Shown: positions 39,642-50,104, numbered from the stretch's first letter. The stretch is 64,000 nt of DNA from Promethearchaeota archaeon (GCA_048940605.1 JBHLOJ010000004.1:4509-68508), one strand, 5' to 3'. Notes: generated by a model not told the origin, from the letters alone. Numbers and translations are program-made.

Positions 39642-42401
39642 TTATTTTAAATATAATTCATTCATCAAATCCATAAGTTTATTCTTTGACTCTTTATCCT
39701 CTGGATTATTAATTAATCGTTTTTGATAAAAGATTACATTTGGATATTTCACTTCAAGTTTATTAAATAGTTTTACCCAAGAATCAAAGTTATTTAAATG
39801 ATCAAATACATCTGGATCTTCCGCAAACGATTTTATTTCTTTCATTTCAGGAGAAGAGAAAACTTCTTTATATTTTTTAGGACTAACTCCTTGCTCTTTT
39901 AGAAATTTCTTATTAGCCTTACGAACGAAAGCATCTAAGCCGTTTCTCCACCTTACATACTTCTCATTAATTTTATCAATAACTTCTTGTATTGATTTAA
40001 TTTCTTGAGGGAAAATCGTTTCATTCTCCTTAGTTAAAATTTTTTTAATAGTTTCGAATTCAGATTCAAATATTTGAATATAATTATTTACATTTTTCTC
40101 AAATTCAAATAGAGCCGTATTATAATCCTTAGCGAATAAGATTTCACTACTTGAAAAGGTCAGAGTTTCTTCATTGAATGTGCCTTTTAATTTTCTTTTT
40201 TTACTTAAGTCCTCAAGAATTTCTCTCAATAGCAGAATTTCTTTCTCATTTAATTCTTTTCCATAAAATAGATCATTAAAGGAAAAAATGAAACTATTTT
40301 CCAACATTAAATTACGAATTCCTCGTTCTGTATAAAATTGAATTTGTCCTTCATGCTCATAAAAAATACCTTTCAATTTTCCATCTTCAAGTAAATCTTG
40401 TATTAGATCTTCAATAAGATTTGATTTGATGTTTAAATTACCTAAAGAAAGGTAATCTTCTGATTTTGATTTATCTAATAATAAATATTTAATATCATTC
40501 TTGGCTTCCTCGATTTTTAATGGATTGAATATTAATAAATCCTCTTTTTTAAAGTAGGTAATCCCTAATTCATCAATGAATTTCATAAAAGAATCTAAGT
40601 CCATTCCTGTTTTCTCAAGATAGTCGCTAGCTTTTATTTGATCCATTTTTCTAATCTCACCGGCAATTAATTGTAAGTTCTCATCAATTTTAGTCAATAT
40701 TAAATTTCTATCGATATTTAACTCTTTAGCTAATAAATCAATTTGTTTAGTTTTTTCCTCCTCATCTAAAATCGAACTAATCGATTCTATTTTCTCTGTC
40801 AAATACTTAGAATAATAGAAAACTTCCTTTCTTTTATCCCAAATTCCACTTCTTTGATCAACAGTTTGGTCAAATACATCTATTAATAGGATTTGTCCTA
40901 TATTTAATTTTTTTGAGTTCTTAATTATATCAAAGAAACCAAAAATTTTCGAACTTTTAATTTCATTTGATATTTTAAGAATACCTAGATTAGTTAACCA
41001 TTGAGTTCCTTTATGATAATTTGATAAATAACCCTCAGGTAAATTTTTAATTAAAAGAATAAAATCTCCATCAGATAATCTTTCTCGATACGACTTTAAT
41101 TCAACTATGCTATTTTTTGCTGCTTCTCTATTAATTTGTTTTTGTATCTTCTTTAAAGAATAATAAACACTTTTATCCTTTCCTAATAGTAGTTTATCTT
41201 TTTGAGATTCTTTAATTTCTTCAATTATATTTCCTATAAATTGAGGTGGAAGATAATTATATTTTTTTATGTTAATATTACCTTTTTGAATCAGATCATT
41301 TCCTAGTGTAGATTTGATGTGATTATAAGAATAGAATAATCCCAAATTTGAATAAAAACCTTTAATAATTCCTAGATTTATCATTGTTTCAATAAAAATC
41401 TTTAATTCTTTCTCATCTGTTATTATTTGAGAAAATTTCTCTTGTATTTTTTCCTTAGAAATTTTTAAACCTTCTTCAAAAAAGGCAATTACCTTACTTC
41501 TTTCAAGTTCGTAAATGAAAATTAAGTTTTTTTCAGGTTTTGTATAGAAAAATAACTTCTCATCTCTCAGCTCTGTATTTTTGATTTTTTTTATGTACTC
41601 TTTTAATGTTATATTAGAATGTCTTGATAATTTTGTAAAATTTGTTTTTTTCATTAGAAACTGCTTATCTAGAAAAGTCAATAAATCATCAATTTTCAGA
41701 GTTTCTAAATTATCATCATTAAAATCTGGATAAAATTGAGATATGATTTTTAATAGATTTACAACAATTTTAGATTTGATATCATCAAAATATGATAAAA
41801 TTAATGATTTTGAAATATCTCTCAGATGATATAATTGGTTGAAGCTCAAATCTTTGCAATATGCAAGCAAATTAATGGATGATAGAAGATTTTCTTTAAT
41901 CTGTTCAATAGAAAGACTTTCTATTATCTCATTTTTTATATTATTAACTAAATTTGGATTTTTTTTCACTAATTCATTTAAAAAGAAGTGAATGTTGTCT
42001 CTAATATCATCGGACTGATCCTTCAACAATTCTGCAAATTTATTAAAATACTGTTTAACAAGATCTTGATTTGATAGAAAGACAAATCCAATAATAATTA
42101 GTGAATTTACTCTTAACTTATCATCTTCAGAATCGATAAAGGGAATTATTTTTTCAATAATTTTCTCAGTTATAAAATTAATATCATGTTCCGCTAGAAT
42201 ACTTAATATATATGTTATGGGTACAGCATGTTTAGATTGATCTAATAAAATTACTAATTCTTCTATTACCTTTATTATTTTTTGAGATTTTTCTTTACTC
42301 AGATATTTATTAAGCTTGTAGACAAGGGGTTCAAGAACTAAATCGTTTTGAAATTCTTTTAGATTAAACATTTTTTTCAAAATCAAGCATGTATACTGCA
42401 C
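39642..42401 (-). CDS. HEAT/ARM N-terminus plus tandem winged-helix (UFL1/PCI-like) repeats and coiled-coil tail (likely start ATG 42371)
   Basis: HEAT-like PFIDSEDDKLRVNS / LLKDQSDDIRDN; repeated INLGIIKGFYSNLGLFYS, LLEDGKLKGIFYEHEGQIQFYT and KKRKLKGTFNEETLTFSS. Confidence 0.6.
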   Translation of the reverse strand: MQYTCLILKKMFNLKEFQNDLVLEPLVYKLNKYLSKEKSQKIIKVIEELVILLDQSKHAVPITYILSILAEHDINFITEKIIEKIIPFIDSEDDKLRVNSLIIIGFVFLSNQDLVKQYFNKFAELLKDQSDDIRDNIHFFLNELVKKNPNLVNNIKNEIIESLSIEQIKENLLSSINLLAYCKDLSFNQLYHLRDISKSLILSYFDDIKSKIVVNLLKIISQFYPDFNDDNLETLKIDDLLTFLDKQFLMKKTNFTKLSRHSNITLKEYIKKIKNTELRDEKLFFYTKPEKNLIFIYELERSKVIAFFEEGLKISKEKIQEKFSQIITDEKELKIFIETMINLGIIKGFYSNLGLFYSYNHIKSTLGNDLIQKGNINIKKYNYLPPQFIGNIIEEIKESQKDKLLLGKDKSVYYSLKKIQKQINREAAKNSIVELKSYRERLSDGDFILLIKNLPEGYLSNYHKGTQWLTNLGILKISNEIKSSKIFGFFDIIKNSKKLNIGQILLIDVFDQTVDQRSGIWDKRKEVFYYSKYLTEKIESISSILDEEEKTKQIDLLAKELNIDRNLILTKIDENLQLIAGEIRKMDQIKASDYLEKTGMDLDSFMKFIDELGITYFKKEDLLIFNPLKIEEAKNDIKYLLLDKSKSEDYLSLGNLNIKSNLIEDLIQDLLEDGKLKGIFYEHEGQIQFYTERGIRNLMLENSFIFSFNDLFYGKELNEKEILLLREILEDLSKKRKLKGTFNEETLTFSSSEILFAKDYNTALFEFEKNVNNYIQIFESEFETIKKILTKENETIFPQEIKSIQEVIDKINEKYVRWRNGLDAFVRKANKKFLKEQGVSPKKYKEVFSSPEMKEIKSFAEDPDVFDHLNNFDSWVKLFNKLEVKYPNVIFYQKRLINNPEDKESKNKLMDLMNELYLK

Positions 42402-42409
42402 AGTAATTT

Positions 42410-43135
42410 TTAATCCAATAAGAATTTTTTGAATGGTTCAATTACTAAAATATCCTTAATATCTTTGAGGATAAAAGAAGGTTTTGAATCCTCTAGGCTT
42501 TCTTTAGTACCATGACCAGATAGTAACGCAATACTGTTGACTCCTGCGTTTTTTGCGCATTGAATATCTTGAGGGAGATCACCTACATAATAAACTTCGT
42601 TTTTATTTATTGAAATTTTAAGTATTCTCTTGATTTCCTTTAATGCCGCAAATATTGGATAAGGATTCGGTTTCCTGTAATTAGTATCATCACGTGAGAT
42701 AATAACAGAAAAATAGTTGTTTAAATTGAATTTGTCAATAAAGTGTTTTAACCGAGCTCCACTTGTGTTTGAGACAACTCCTAGAATAAACTCATTTTCT
42801 TTAAGTTGGATTAACACATTTTCAAGATTGGCTTTAATCGTTTCATATTTTTCATATTTGGGATAAGTGTTTCTGAATTTCATAAAAAATAGAATTCTCT
42901 TCCATAAACAGGGAATATATCGTCTATAAATTTTATTGATTCGAAAAAAAGCTTTTACTCTATTTTTCGAATCTGATTCTTCAAACATACGAGCAAAATC
43001 TATAAGTCGTAAATTTTTCGTATTTCTCCAATTATAAAAACTTTTTTTTAAAAAGACTGAAGCTGTATATTCTAGAGATTTTTGGGTAATAATAACTCCA
43101 TCAAAATCAAATAACACTATAGGTCGATGAGGCAT
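42410..43135 (-). CDS. HAD superfamily hydrolase (phosphoglycolate phosphatase-like)
   Basis: Motifs FDFDGV, VSN, RKPNP and YVGD...DI..AKNAG. Confidence 0.92.
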   Translation of the reverse strand: MPHRPIVLFDFDGVIITQKSLEYTASVFLKKSFYNWRNTKNLRLIDFARMFEESDSKNRVKAFFRINKIYRRYIPCLWKRILFFMKFRNTYPKYEKYETIKANLENVLIQLKENEFILGVVSNTSGARLKHFIDKFNLNNYFSVIISRDDTNYRKPNPYPIFAALKEIKRILKISINKNEVYYVGDLPQDIQCAKNAGVNSIALLSGHGTKESLEDSKPSFILKDIKDILVIEPFKKFLLD

Positions 43136-43245
43136 ATGTGTATTTAAAAGTGTGATTTAACACTTAAATTTAATTGTAAAGGTTAAGCATTGGTAAAGTA
43201 AAAAATAATAAAAAAAATTTGAATAATTTAATTTTTAATCTTTCA

Positions 43246-43920
43246 TTAATCTATTTCATCTGGTTCAACCGACACGTGAGAAAGCAGCCAATCAAGTTGC
43301 TCTTCTCTTTTATTGATATTGAGAACAGTAGGTAAGATCATGACTTCATCAGCTTTTCCTGGCATTATTGTAAATTTACCTGCACGTAACATGAAGAATT
43401 CAAAAACATCAGGAATCTCTTTCTTGAATCTTAGACTTTTTACAGGGAATCGTTCAGCTGAGCTGAAAATACCAGTTTTATGAAAAATCTCGTTTCTTTC
43501 AATTTTATAATACTCGAATCTTGTACTGAGCACCACTATCCCTAATATAAACGCTAAAATTATAGACATTACCATATAGAATTGCCATGGTAAGCCTAAA
43601 AAGACATCTAAATCTGCCGCAGATATTGTAACTTTAGGTAAAAGCAAGAATACCACAAGCAAAACCGCAACAACAATGGCTAAAATTAAAACAAAGAACT
43701 TTGTTGAGGAAAAATCGAAAGCAGTTACGAAAATATTAACAAAGAATACAATGAACCAAGCATAACCTAATGCGCTAGCATTTTCTCCCGATTTATCCCA
43801 CATAATCGCCTGAATTAACCATAAGATAAGAGAAGTTATCAACAACGGCCAATAAAATATTACTTTAGGATAACTCCTTAAGTAAATTTCAGTTGGGTAT
43901 TTTTTTTTTTTTTCAGACAT
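43246..43920 (-). CDS. Four-TM membrane protein with C-terminal bacterial-PH-like beta domain
   Basis: Four TM segments then YYKIERNEIFHKTGIFSS.ERF...FFMLRAGKFTI, similar to the bPH_2/YdbS pattern. Confidence 0.6.
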   Translation of the reverse strand: MSEKKKKYPTEIYLRSYPKVIFYWPLLITSLILWLIQAIMWDKSGENASALGYAWFIVFFVNIFVTAFDFSSTKFFVLILAIVVAVLLVVFLLLPKVTISAADLDVFLGLPWQFYMVMSIILAFILGIVVLSTRFEYYKIERNEIFHKTGIFSSAERFPVKSLRFKKEIPDVFEFFMLRAGKFTIMPGKADEVMILPTVLNINKREEQLDWLLSHVSVEPDEID

Positions 43921-44147
43921 AATATATATTCACTACGTCTTAATTTTTTTTAATTAAAGAGAATTATAAAAATAATAGATACATGTGTTATTTAAATATT
44001 AGTATCTTATCGATGTACCTTAAATATGGAAAAATTATAATATCATTATTTACACCTAGGTCCTCAGAATCATCAAATCCAGAAAATTTTTAAAATTAGT
44101 TTTTTCAATTTTACAGTTTATGAAGCCTTACTCTGTAAAATGTCTTC

Positions 44148-44345
44148 TTATATGACATTAAGGCTACTTAAAAGAAAATCTATTTGTTCACCTTTTTTTT
44201 CCACATTTAGAACAGTATTTAATTGAATAATTTTATTATTCTTCGTGAATAAAAGGCTAAATGTTCCTGCTTTGAACATTAAATATGAGAAATTGCTATA
44301 TTCCTTGCTATCAATTAGATAACTTCGAGATTTTAATACAAACAT
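44148..44345 (-). pseudogene. Truncated paralog of the C-terminus of the 43246..43920 protein
   Basis: MFKAGTFSLL...LNTVLNVEKKGEQIDFLLSSLNV aligns with MLRAGKFTIM...LPTVLNINKREEQLDWLLSHVSV; all TM segments are missing. Confidence 0.65.
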
Positions 44346-44364
44346 AAATACAATTTATATAATC

Positions 44365-45129
44365 TTAGTAAAACGAGCCCATTGTTTTAATCATTCTATA
44401 AGAGAGCTCTGCTGCCTTTTTTCCATTTTCACTGATCCCCATATGACCAGGTAGGAGATATTTTATATCTAAATTTTTTACAAACTTTATTGATTCTATT
44501 AATGTTGGTAATGAACCACCTGGAAAATCATATCTTCCAAAATTACCTCCTATAAAAATTAGATCACCAGGAATCAATACTTTATTATTTGACTCGTAAT
44601 AACATACTGACCCTAAGGAATGACCTGGGGTGTGATAAATTTTAAATCTAAACTCAGAAGAGATAAATATCTCGTTTGAATTACTCAAATCATTAACTTG
44701 TAAAGGAATAATCTCAATTCCAAATCTTTTTGCAGTCAAACCAAGCATTACTGGCAAAATTCTTTTTTCATCTCCTTTTTCCAAAATTTTTGCAGCTTCG
44801 CCATATGCAAAAACCTCTGGAGGATCTTCTTTTAAATAGTTCAATAATTTATATATTCCCAAGACGTGATCGACATGTTCATGAGTTAAAAATACTTTAG
44901 TTATGTTTTTGTAGTTTAAATTTAATTTTTCCATTCCTTTAATTAAACCATCTAGGGAAATAGCATTCCCCGCATCAAATAAACTTAGATCACCCGTATC
45001 ACAATCCTTAATGATATATTGATTGCAATCCAGCATTTGATTTTCTGAAAAGTAAAATAGGTTTTTAATAACCTCCTTACCTAATTTTTCAGAATCATCC
45101 TTAGAAAAAAACATCATATTTCTATTCAA
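44365..45129 (-). CDS. Metallo-beta-lactamase fold hydrolase (glyoxalase II-like)
   Basis: Motifs THEHVDH, HTPGHS.GS, PGDL.F, GR.DFPGGS and PGH. Confidence 0.92.
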   Translation of the reverse strand: MNRNMMFFSKDDSEKLGKEVIKNLFYFSENQMLDCNQYIIKDCDTGDLSLFDAGNAISLDGLIKGMEKLNLNYKNITKVFLTHEHVDHVLGIYKLLNYLKEDPPEVFAYGEAAKILEKGDEKRILPVMLGLTAKRFGIEIIPLQVNDLSNSNEIFISSEFRFKIYHTPGHSLGSVCYYESNNKVLIPGDLIFIGGNFGRYDFPGGSLPTLIESIKFVKNLDIKYLLPGHMGISENGKKAAELSYRMIKTMGSFY

Positions 45130-45218
45130 AAAATCTTTTAAACAAATAAGATTAGCTTGATTTTAATGTTTTTCTTTTAAAAGATATAAATATTAATAAT
45201 TAAAAACAAATAATAAAT

Positions 45219-45599
45219 ATGGCTAAAGAACCCAAAATTGAGAAATTAAAATCCAAAATCAGTTTTGGTATAAAATTTTGGCTTCAATTTGAGAATAAGA
45301 GTATCTTAGGTAGTGGCTGGGCAGAATTATTAAAAAATATTGAAAAAAACGAGGAAGGGTCTTTAACTCAAGCAGCTAAGGAATGTAATTATTCTTACAA
45401 ATATGCTTGGAACATTCTGAAGAGAATTGAAAGAAGAACAGGGATGCCAGTTGTAACAACAAGCAAAGGGGGCCCTGGAGGGGGAGGATGGATTAAGTTA
45501 AATGAATGGGGTAAATTTCTTTTAGATACATATAATCAATATTATACAGAGATCATTAAAATTGAACAAAATCTTGAAAGAACCTTAAAAACCAACTAA
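45219..45599 (+). CDS. ModE N-terminal-type wHTH regulator
   Basis: GSLTQAAKECNYSYKYAW and GG.GGG...L..G motifs. Confidence 0.85.
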   Translation: MAKEPKIEKLKSKISFGIKFWLQFENKSILGSGWAELLKNIEKNEEGSLTQAAKECNYSYKYAWNILKRIERRTGMPVVTTSKGGPGGGGWIKLNEWGKFLLDTYNQYYTEIIKIEQNLERTLKTN

Positions 45600-45706
45600 T
45601 AAATAAATTTTAATTTCAATAATGACTATTTTCATTAAGAATAGTAAAATGAAATAGCCTTTCTTATAAAAGCAATTTAAAAGAGTTAAGCACATGGGGT
45701 TTTAAT

Positions 45707-46135
45707 ATGGGGGAAGATCTCTTACAAAAATTGAGTGAGATGAAAGCATCAGAGATAATGATTAAAAATCCCCTTTCCATAACTCCAGATCAAAAAATTA
45801 GTTCAACTGAACTTTTGATGTTGAGGAAGAAAATAGGGGGTCTCCCTGTAGTGAAAGATCAAAAAAACAATCAATTAATTGGAATTATCACCCAAAGAGA
45901 TATACGATTAGCTAGGTTTGCTATGAGTTTAGAATCCCCAAATACCTCTGTTAAAGATTTAATGACCTCTGAACCTTTTGTTGTTAAAAAGGATGATACA
46001 TTAAAAAAAATTTTAGAAATAATGTTTGAAAAGAATATCCAACGCTTACCTGTTGTAAATAATGAAAACCAATTAATTGGATTAATAGTACAAGGAGAAA
46101 TCTTAAAAAAATTATTTGACTATATGAAAACATAA
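45707..46135 (+). CDS. CBS domain pair protein
   Basis: IGGLPVV...LIGIITQRD and IQRLPVV...LIGLI. Confidence 0.92.
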   Translation: MGEDLLQKLSEMKASEIMIKNPLSITPDQKISSTELLMLRKKIGGLPVVKDQKNNQLIGIITQRDIRLARFAMSLESPNTSVKDLMTSEPFVVKKDDTLKKILEIMFEKNIQRLPVVNNENQLIGLIVQGEILKKLFDYMKT

Positions 46136-46213
46136 TAAAATTATAAAAACTAGAAAAATCATATTTTTGGTAATTAATAGCATTAAATAAAAAAATGATA
46201 TAGGTGGTTCAAA

Positions 46214-47737
46214 ATGGCAATACCCTTACCTGGTACACCAATCATAGTTGATATAGGTTCTGCCTACGTGAAGGTTGGATTTGCAGGAGAGCCTAGCCCT
46301 AGATTCGTGTTTCCATGTATAACGGGCACTGAAAAATATAAAGCTGTAATGGTTGATGTCAGTGCTCGAAGCATATATGTTGGTCACGATGTTTCACGAA
46401 TGAGGGGCGTTCTTAAAATCAAACATCCAATAGAAAGAGGTTCTATTATGGATTGGGATAGTTTCTACGAAATTCTTAATTACATTTTTTATTCTCTATT
46501 AAGAATTGAGAATTTATCAGATTATCCAGTTCTATATTGTGAATCACCATTCATGAATAGAGAAACAAAAGAATACATCGCAAGACTTCTATTTGAAACT
46601 CATCGTGTTAGAAGCCTGATTATGATGCCTACACCATTACTATCATTATTTAGCGTAGGACTAACTACAGGATTAGTTATAGAATCGGGGGCAGGTCTTA
46701 CTTGGATAGTACCTATTATAAATGGACAAATGATTCAACATTCGGTACAGAAACTTCCCCTAGCTGGCGTTGACGTTAATCACAATTTGAAGAATCTATT
46801 AATGAGGGAAGGAATTAATATAGCATCAAGTGCAGTTGATGAGATTATTCAAGAAATCAAAGAAAAAAATTGTTATTTTGTTTTAGATCCAAACAATCCT
46901 CCCAAAACAAATGAGGTATTCAGTACTCCGATGCCTGATGGATCAACAATAAACATTCCCAATTATATTCTTTTCCAAGCCCCAGAAGTTTTGTTTAATC
47001 CCAATATGTTAGGATATAGTTCAGTTATGAATTTAACTGATGCGATAATAGCAAGTCTAAGAGTATTGGATAATAATTATTGGCATGAATTATTATCTCA
47101 TATTGTTATTTCAGGAGGTAATCTTTCATATAGTGGTTTTGAAGAAAGATTCGAATCTGAATTGAATACTGTACTTCCTCAATTAGGTAAAATCCCAAGA
47201 TCAAAACCAACACTTACTACAGTAAAAAATGAATTAATACAACTCCAAGCTACCGAAATGTCGAAAAAAAAACACGATACTTGTAGTCATTGCGGGGCAT
47301 TTATAGATCTTTCTTCTCGCATTGAATATTGTCCTTCATGTGGGGGGAGATTAGTTTTACCAGAAATAAAATTTGATTTATCCTCCCAAGGTGGAAAAAA
47401 AGAACCAAAAAAAGGGATATGCCCTTTCTGCAATAAAGAAATTGCAGATATAACCTCCTTATTTTGTCCGTATTGTGGAAGGTCAATAGAAAGTTTACAA
47501 AAACCCGATATTTCAGAAGATATAAAAACAAAGACACCTGCTCAAGAATTTACAGAATATATGGAGACTTCTAGTAAAGTTTTGAAACTCTTTGTACCAG
47601 ATAATCTGCAATTTACCATTTTTAATGGAGCGGCTATTTTAGGAAGCTTACCCTCGTTTCAAAATCTTTTTATTACCTATGAGCAATTTCAATCGAATAG
47701 AGAACTATTATATAGGGATATAAGCGAAATTCTTTAA
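46214..47737 (+). CDS. Actin-family protein (Asgard actin-related) with a double zinc-ribbon insertion
   Basis: IIVDIGSAYVKVGFAGE..PRFVFP, HPIERG.I.DWD, LFE, GLVIESGAG.T.IVPI, APEVLFNP, IVISGG...GFEERF..EL and GAAILGSL..FQ..ITYEQF; four CxxC motifs are inserted. Confidence 0.93.
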   Translation: MAIPLPGTPIIVDIGSAYVKVGFAGEPSPRFVFPCITGTEKYKAVMVDVSARSIYVGHDVSRMRGVLKIKHPIERGSIMDWDSFYEILNYIFYSLLRIENLSDYPVLYCESPFMNRETKEYIARLLFETHRVRSLIMMPTPLLSLFSVGLTTGLVIESGAGLTWIVPIINGQMIQHSVQKLPLAGVDVNHNLKNLLMREGINIASSAVDEIIQEIKEKNCYFVLDPNNPPKTNEVFSTPMPDGSTINIPNYILFQAPEVLFNPNMLGYSSVMNLTDAIIASLRVLDNNYWHELLSHIVISGGNLSYSGFEERFESELNTVLPQLGKIPRSKPTLTTVKNELIQLQATEMSKKKHDTCSHCGAFIDLSSRIEYCPSCGGRLVLPEIKFDLSSQGGKKEPKKGICPFCNKEIADITSLFCPYCGRSIESLQKPDISEDIKTKTPAQEFTEYMETSSKVLKLFVPDNLQFTIFNGAAILGSLPSFQNLFITYEQFQSNRELLYRDISEIL

Positions 47738-47881
47738 AATTAAAGGATTTAAACTAAGAGTAAAAATATCTTTATCTTTGAATAAGGATATCTAACTATT
47801 AAGTTCTATTGATAGATAATTTTTAATTTCAAGGTAAATTTAAACAATTAAAATTTTATTCATTTAGCTCAGGTTTTTTAT

Positions 47882-48982
47882 TTGAAGAGTAAATATCGGT
47901 ATTTTACTATTCTATTTCTAATGTTTTTAATTATTTTAAATATAGTTCCGATTGTCTTAGGCAAAACACGAAAGACGTATTTAAAAGATTTTCTTTATAA
48001 CACCGAGGTTGAAGGTGAAGGTTTTAAAAATGGAGTTGGAGCTGGAGAACCTATTAATGAGGCAACAGCTTATGCATTAGAAATATTAGACTTTTATGGT
48101 CTAAATGCTCATGAAGTCAATGATCTCACAACAAAATTGGAAACGGAATTAGAGAGTATGTTTGATAGTGATAATATTGTACTCTATGACATATATTACT
48201 TACTTAAATCGTTATTTCTCATAGATGAAGATTATGAAATTGATGCGAGTTTAAAAAATAGAATTCATCTGTTTATTAATGGAACTGAGCAAATTAGTGG
48301 AGGTTTTTCATTTTCAAATACCTCTACATTAGCAAGTATGAGTTCAACTTACTTTGTAGTTCAAATTTTCAATTTGATATTAGAACCTATCCCAAATGTA
48401 ACTATTCATAAAAATTGGATTATTTTATGTAATAATAGTGATGGTGGATATGGAGCTAATAGTAGTTCATCTTCTAATTTGCTTACCACATATTATGCCG
48501 TTTCTCTTTTAGAGATATTAAGTTTTTCTGTTAATGATTTAGCAGATAAAAATCAGACATTATTCTATTTAAATTCTTTTTATATTCAGAACCCATCAGA
48601 TACAAATAATTTCGGAGGATATCTACCTGATCTTACAGCTAAAGACGCCTTAATTTATTATACTTTCCATTGTGTATCTGCGATTTCTCTCATTGATGAA
48701 AATATGCTTAATAAAGATCAAACTGTAAAATGGATATTATCTCGGCAATATTTTCAGGATGGTGGTTTTGCAGATATAACAGAAGGAACCAGTCAATTAA
48801 TGTCATCAGTAGTTTCATCATATTATGCCTTTAAAACTTTGGAATTATTTGGTTCTTTAGGTAAATTAAACGCAGAAGTTTTTATGGTAGAATTTAATTA
48901 TTGGATTCTATTAATAATATTTGCGAGCATAGGTTTGGTAGCGGTAATAGGGGTTATAATTTGGCGAAGAAGGAGAATTTAG
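47882..48982 (+). CDS. Secreted, C-terminally anchored prenyltransferase/squalene-cyclase-repeat (alpha/alpha barrel) protein
   Basis: Signal peptide; repeats SGGFS...STYF, DGGYG...TTYYAV, FGGY and QDGGF...SSYYA; C-terminal TM followed by RRRRI. Confidence 0.75.
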   Translation: MKSKYRYFTILFLMFLIILNIVPIVLGKTRKTYLKDFLYNTEVEGEGFKNGVGAGEPINEATAYALEILDFYGLNAHEVNDLTTKLETELESMFDSDNIVLYDIYYLLKSLFLIDEDYEIDASLKNRIHLFINGTEQISGGFSFSNTSTLASMSSTYFVVQIFNLILEPIPNVTIHKNWIILCNNSDGGYGANSSSSSNLLTTYYAVSLLEILSFSVNDLADKNQTLFYLNSFYIQNPSDTNNFGGYLPDLTAKDALIYYTFHCVSAISLIDENMLNKDQTVKWILSRQYFQDGGFADITEGTSQLMSSVVSSYYAFKTLELFGSLGKLNAEVFMVEFNYWILLIIFASIGLVAVIGVIIWRRRRI

Positions 48983-49071
48983 TATTTTTTTCTAAAAACC
49001 AAAGAAAATTCAAATGAAATTTTCTTATTTTTATATGTCTATAATTCTAAATTTATTATAAATATCAAATT

Positions 49072-49938
49072 ATGAATGATAAAATATTAGATGGAAAGGA
49101 TTTAGCAGAAAAATTAAATTTAACCTTGAAAGAGAAAATTAAAGAAGTAGTTGATGAAATTGGTATTAAACCTAAATTAGTTACTATTCTAGTTGGAGAA
49201 GATCCCGCTTCAAAAGTTTATTTGAATATGAAGAAGAGAACTAGCGCTTTCGTAGGTATTGAATCTGAAATCTTAGAGTTAGATGAACAAAACTCAAGGG
49301 AGAGGATCATAAAAGAAATCAAGAAACTTAACATAAATGATGATGTACATGGCATTTTACTACAATTACCACTCCCAAAAGTCCAAGCTCCTAATACACT
49401 AAATTACATTAAAAATATTTCCCCTAAAAAGGACGTAGATGGATTAACTCCTGTAAATAAGGGTAATCTTTATGATTATAATGAAAAATTAGCCCCCTGC
49501 ACACCTAAAGGAATAATTACCTTACTAGAATACTATAATATTGAAATAAAAGGGAAAGACGTAGTAATAATTAATCGTTCAAACCTTGTTGGTAAACCTT
49601 TAATCTTTATGATGCTTAAACGGGATGCTACTATTTCAGTTTGTCATACATCAACTATAAAAATTGAAAATCATATGAGAAGAGCTGATATATTAATTGT
49701 AGCTGTAAGGCATCCAAATTTTGTAACCAAAGAAAAAATTAAGAATGGTGCTATTATAATCGATGTAGGCATCAACAGAGTCAATGGGAAATTATGTGGA
49801 GATGTAAATTTCGAGGATGTATATGAAAAGTGTGGTAGAATTACTCCTTCTCCAGGAGGTATTGGCCCACTTACAGTTCATTATTTACTCCAAAATACTT
49901 TTATAGCTTATAAAACTCAAAAAGGAATCGATATCTGA
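49072..49938 (+). CDS. folD: Methylenetetrahydrofolate dehydrogenase/cyclohydrolase
   Basis: Motifs ILDGK, DPAS..Y...K, HGILLQLPLP, KDVDG, PCTP.G, RSNLVGKP, IDVGINR and PGGIGP.T. Confidence 0.96.
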   Translation: MNDKILDGKDLAEKLNLTLKEKIKEVVDEIGIKPKLVTILVGEDPASKVYLNMKKRTSAFVGIESEILELDEQNSRERIIKEIKKLNINDDVHGILLQLPLPKVQAPNTLNYIKNISPKKDVDGLTPVNKGNLYDYNEKLAPCTPKGIITLLEYYNIEIKGKDVVIINRSNLVGKPLIFMMLKRDATISVCHTSTIKIENHMRRADILIVAVRHPNFVTKEKIKNGAIIIDVGINRVNGKLCGDVNFEDVYEKCGRITPSPGGIGPLTVHYLLQNTFIAYKTQKGIDI

Positions 49939-50104
49939 TTTAAATATAAATCTATAATAAGCTTTTATAAAATTAAAAACAATTAAAATTATATTTAATT
50001 GAATGATTAAAAAAAGATAGTAATAAAAAGTATCATTATTACTATAAAACAAGGTAAAAAACATCTATAATTACTTAGAGTTAGAACAAAGATACTCATA
50101 AAAA

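Noticed and set aside
45626-45657. Inverted repeat after the ModE-like gene as an operator
   Set aside because: AT-rich and imperfect, with no molybdate genes nearby; could be chance or a simple terminator hairpin.
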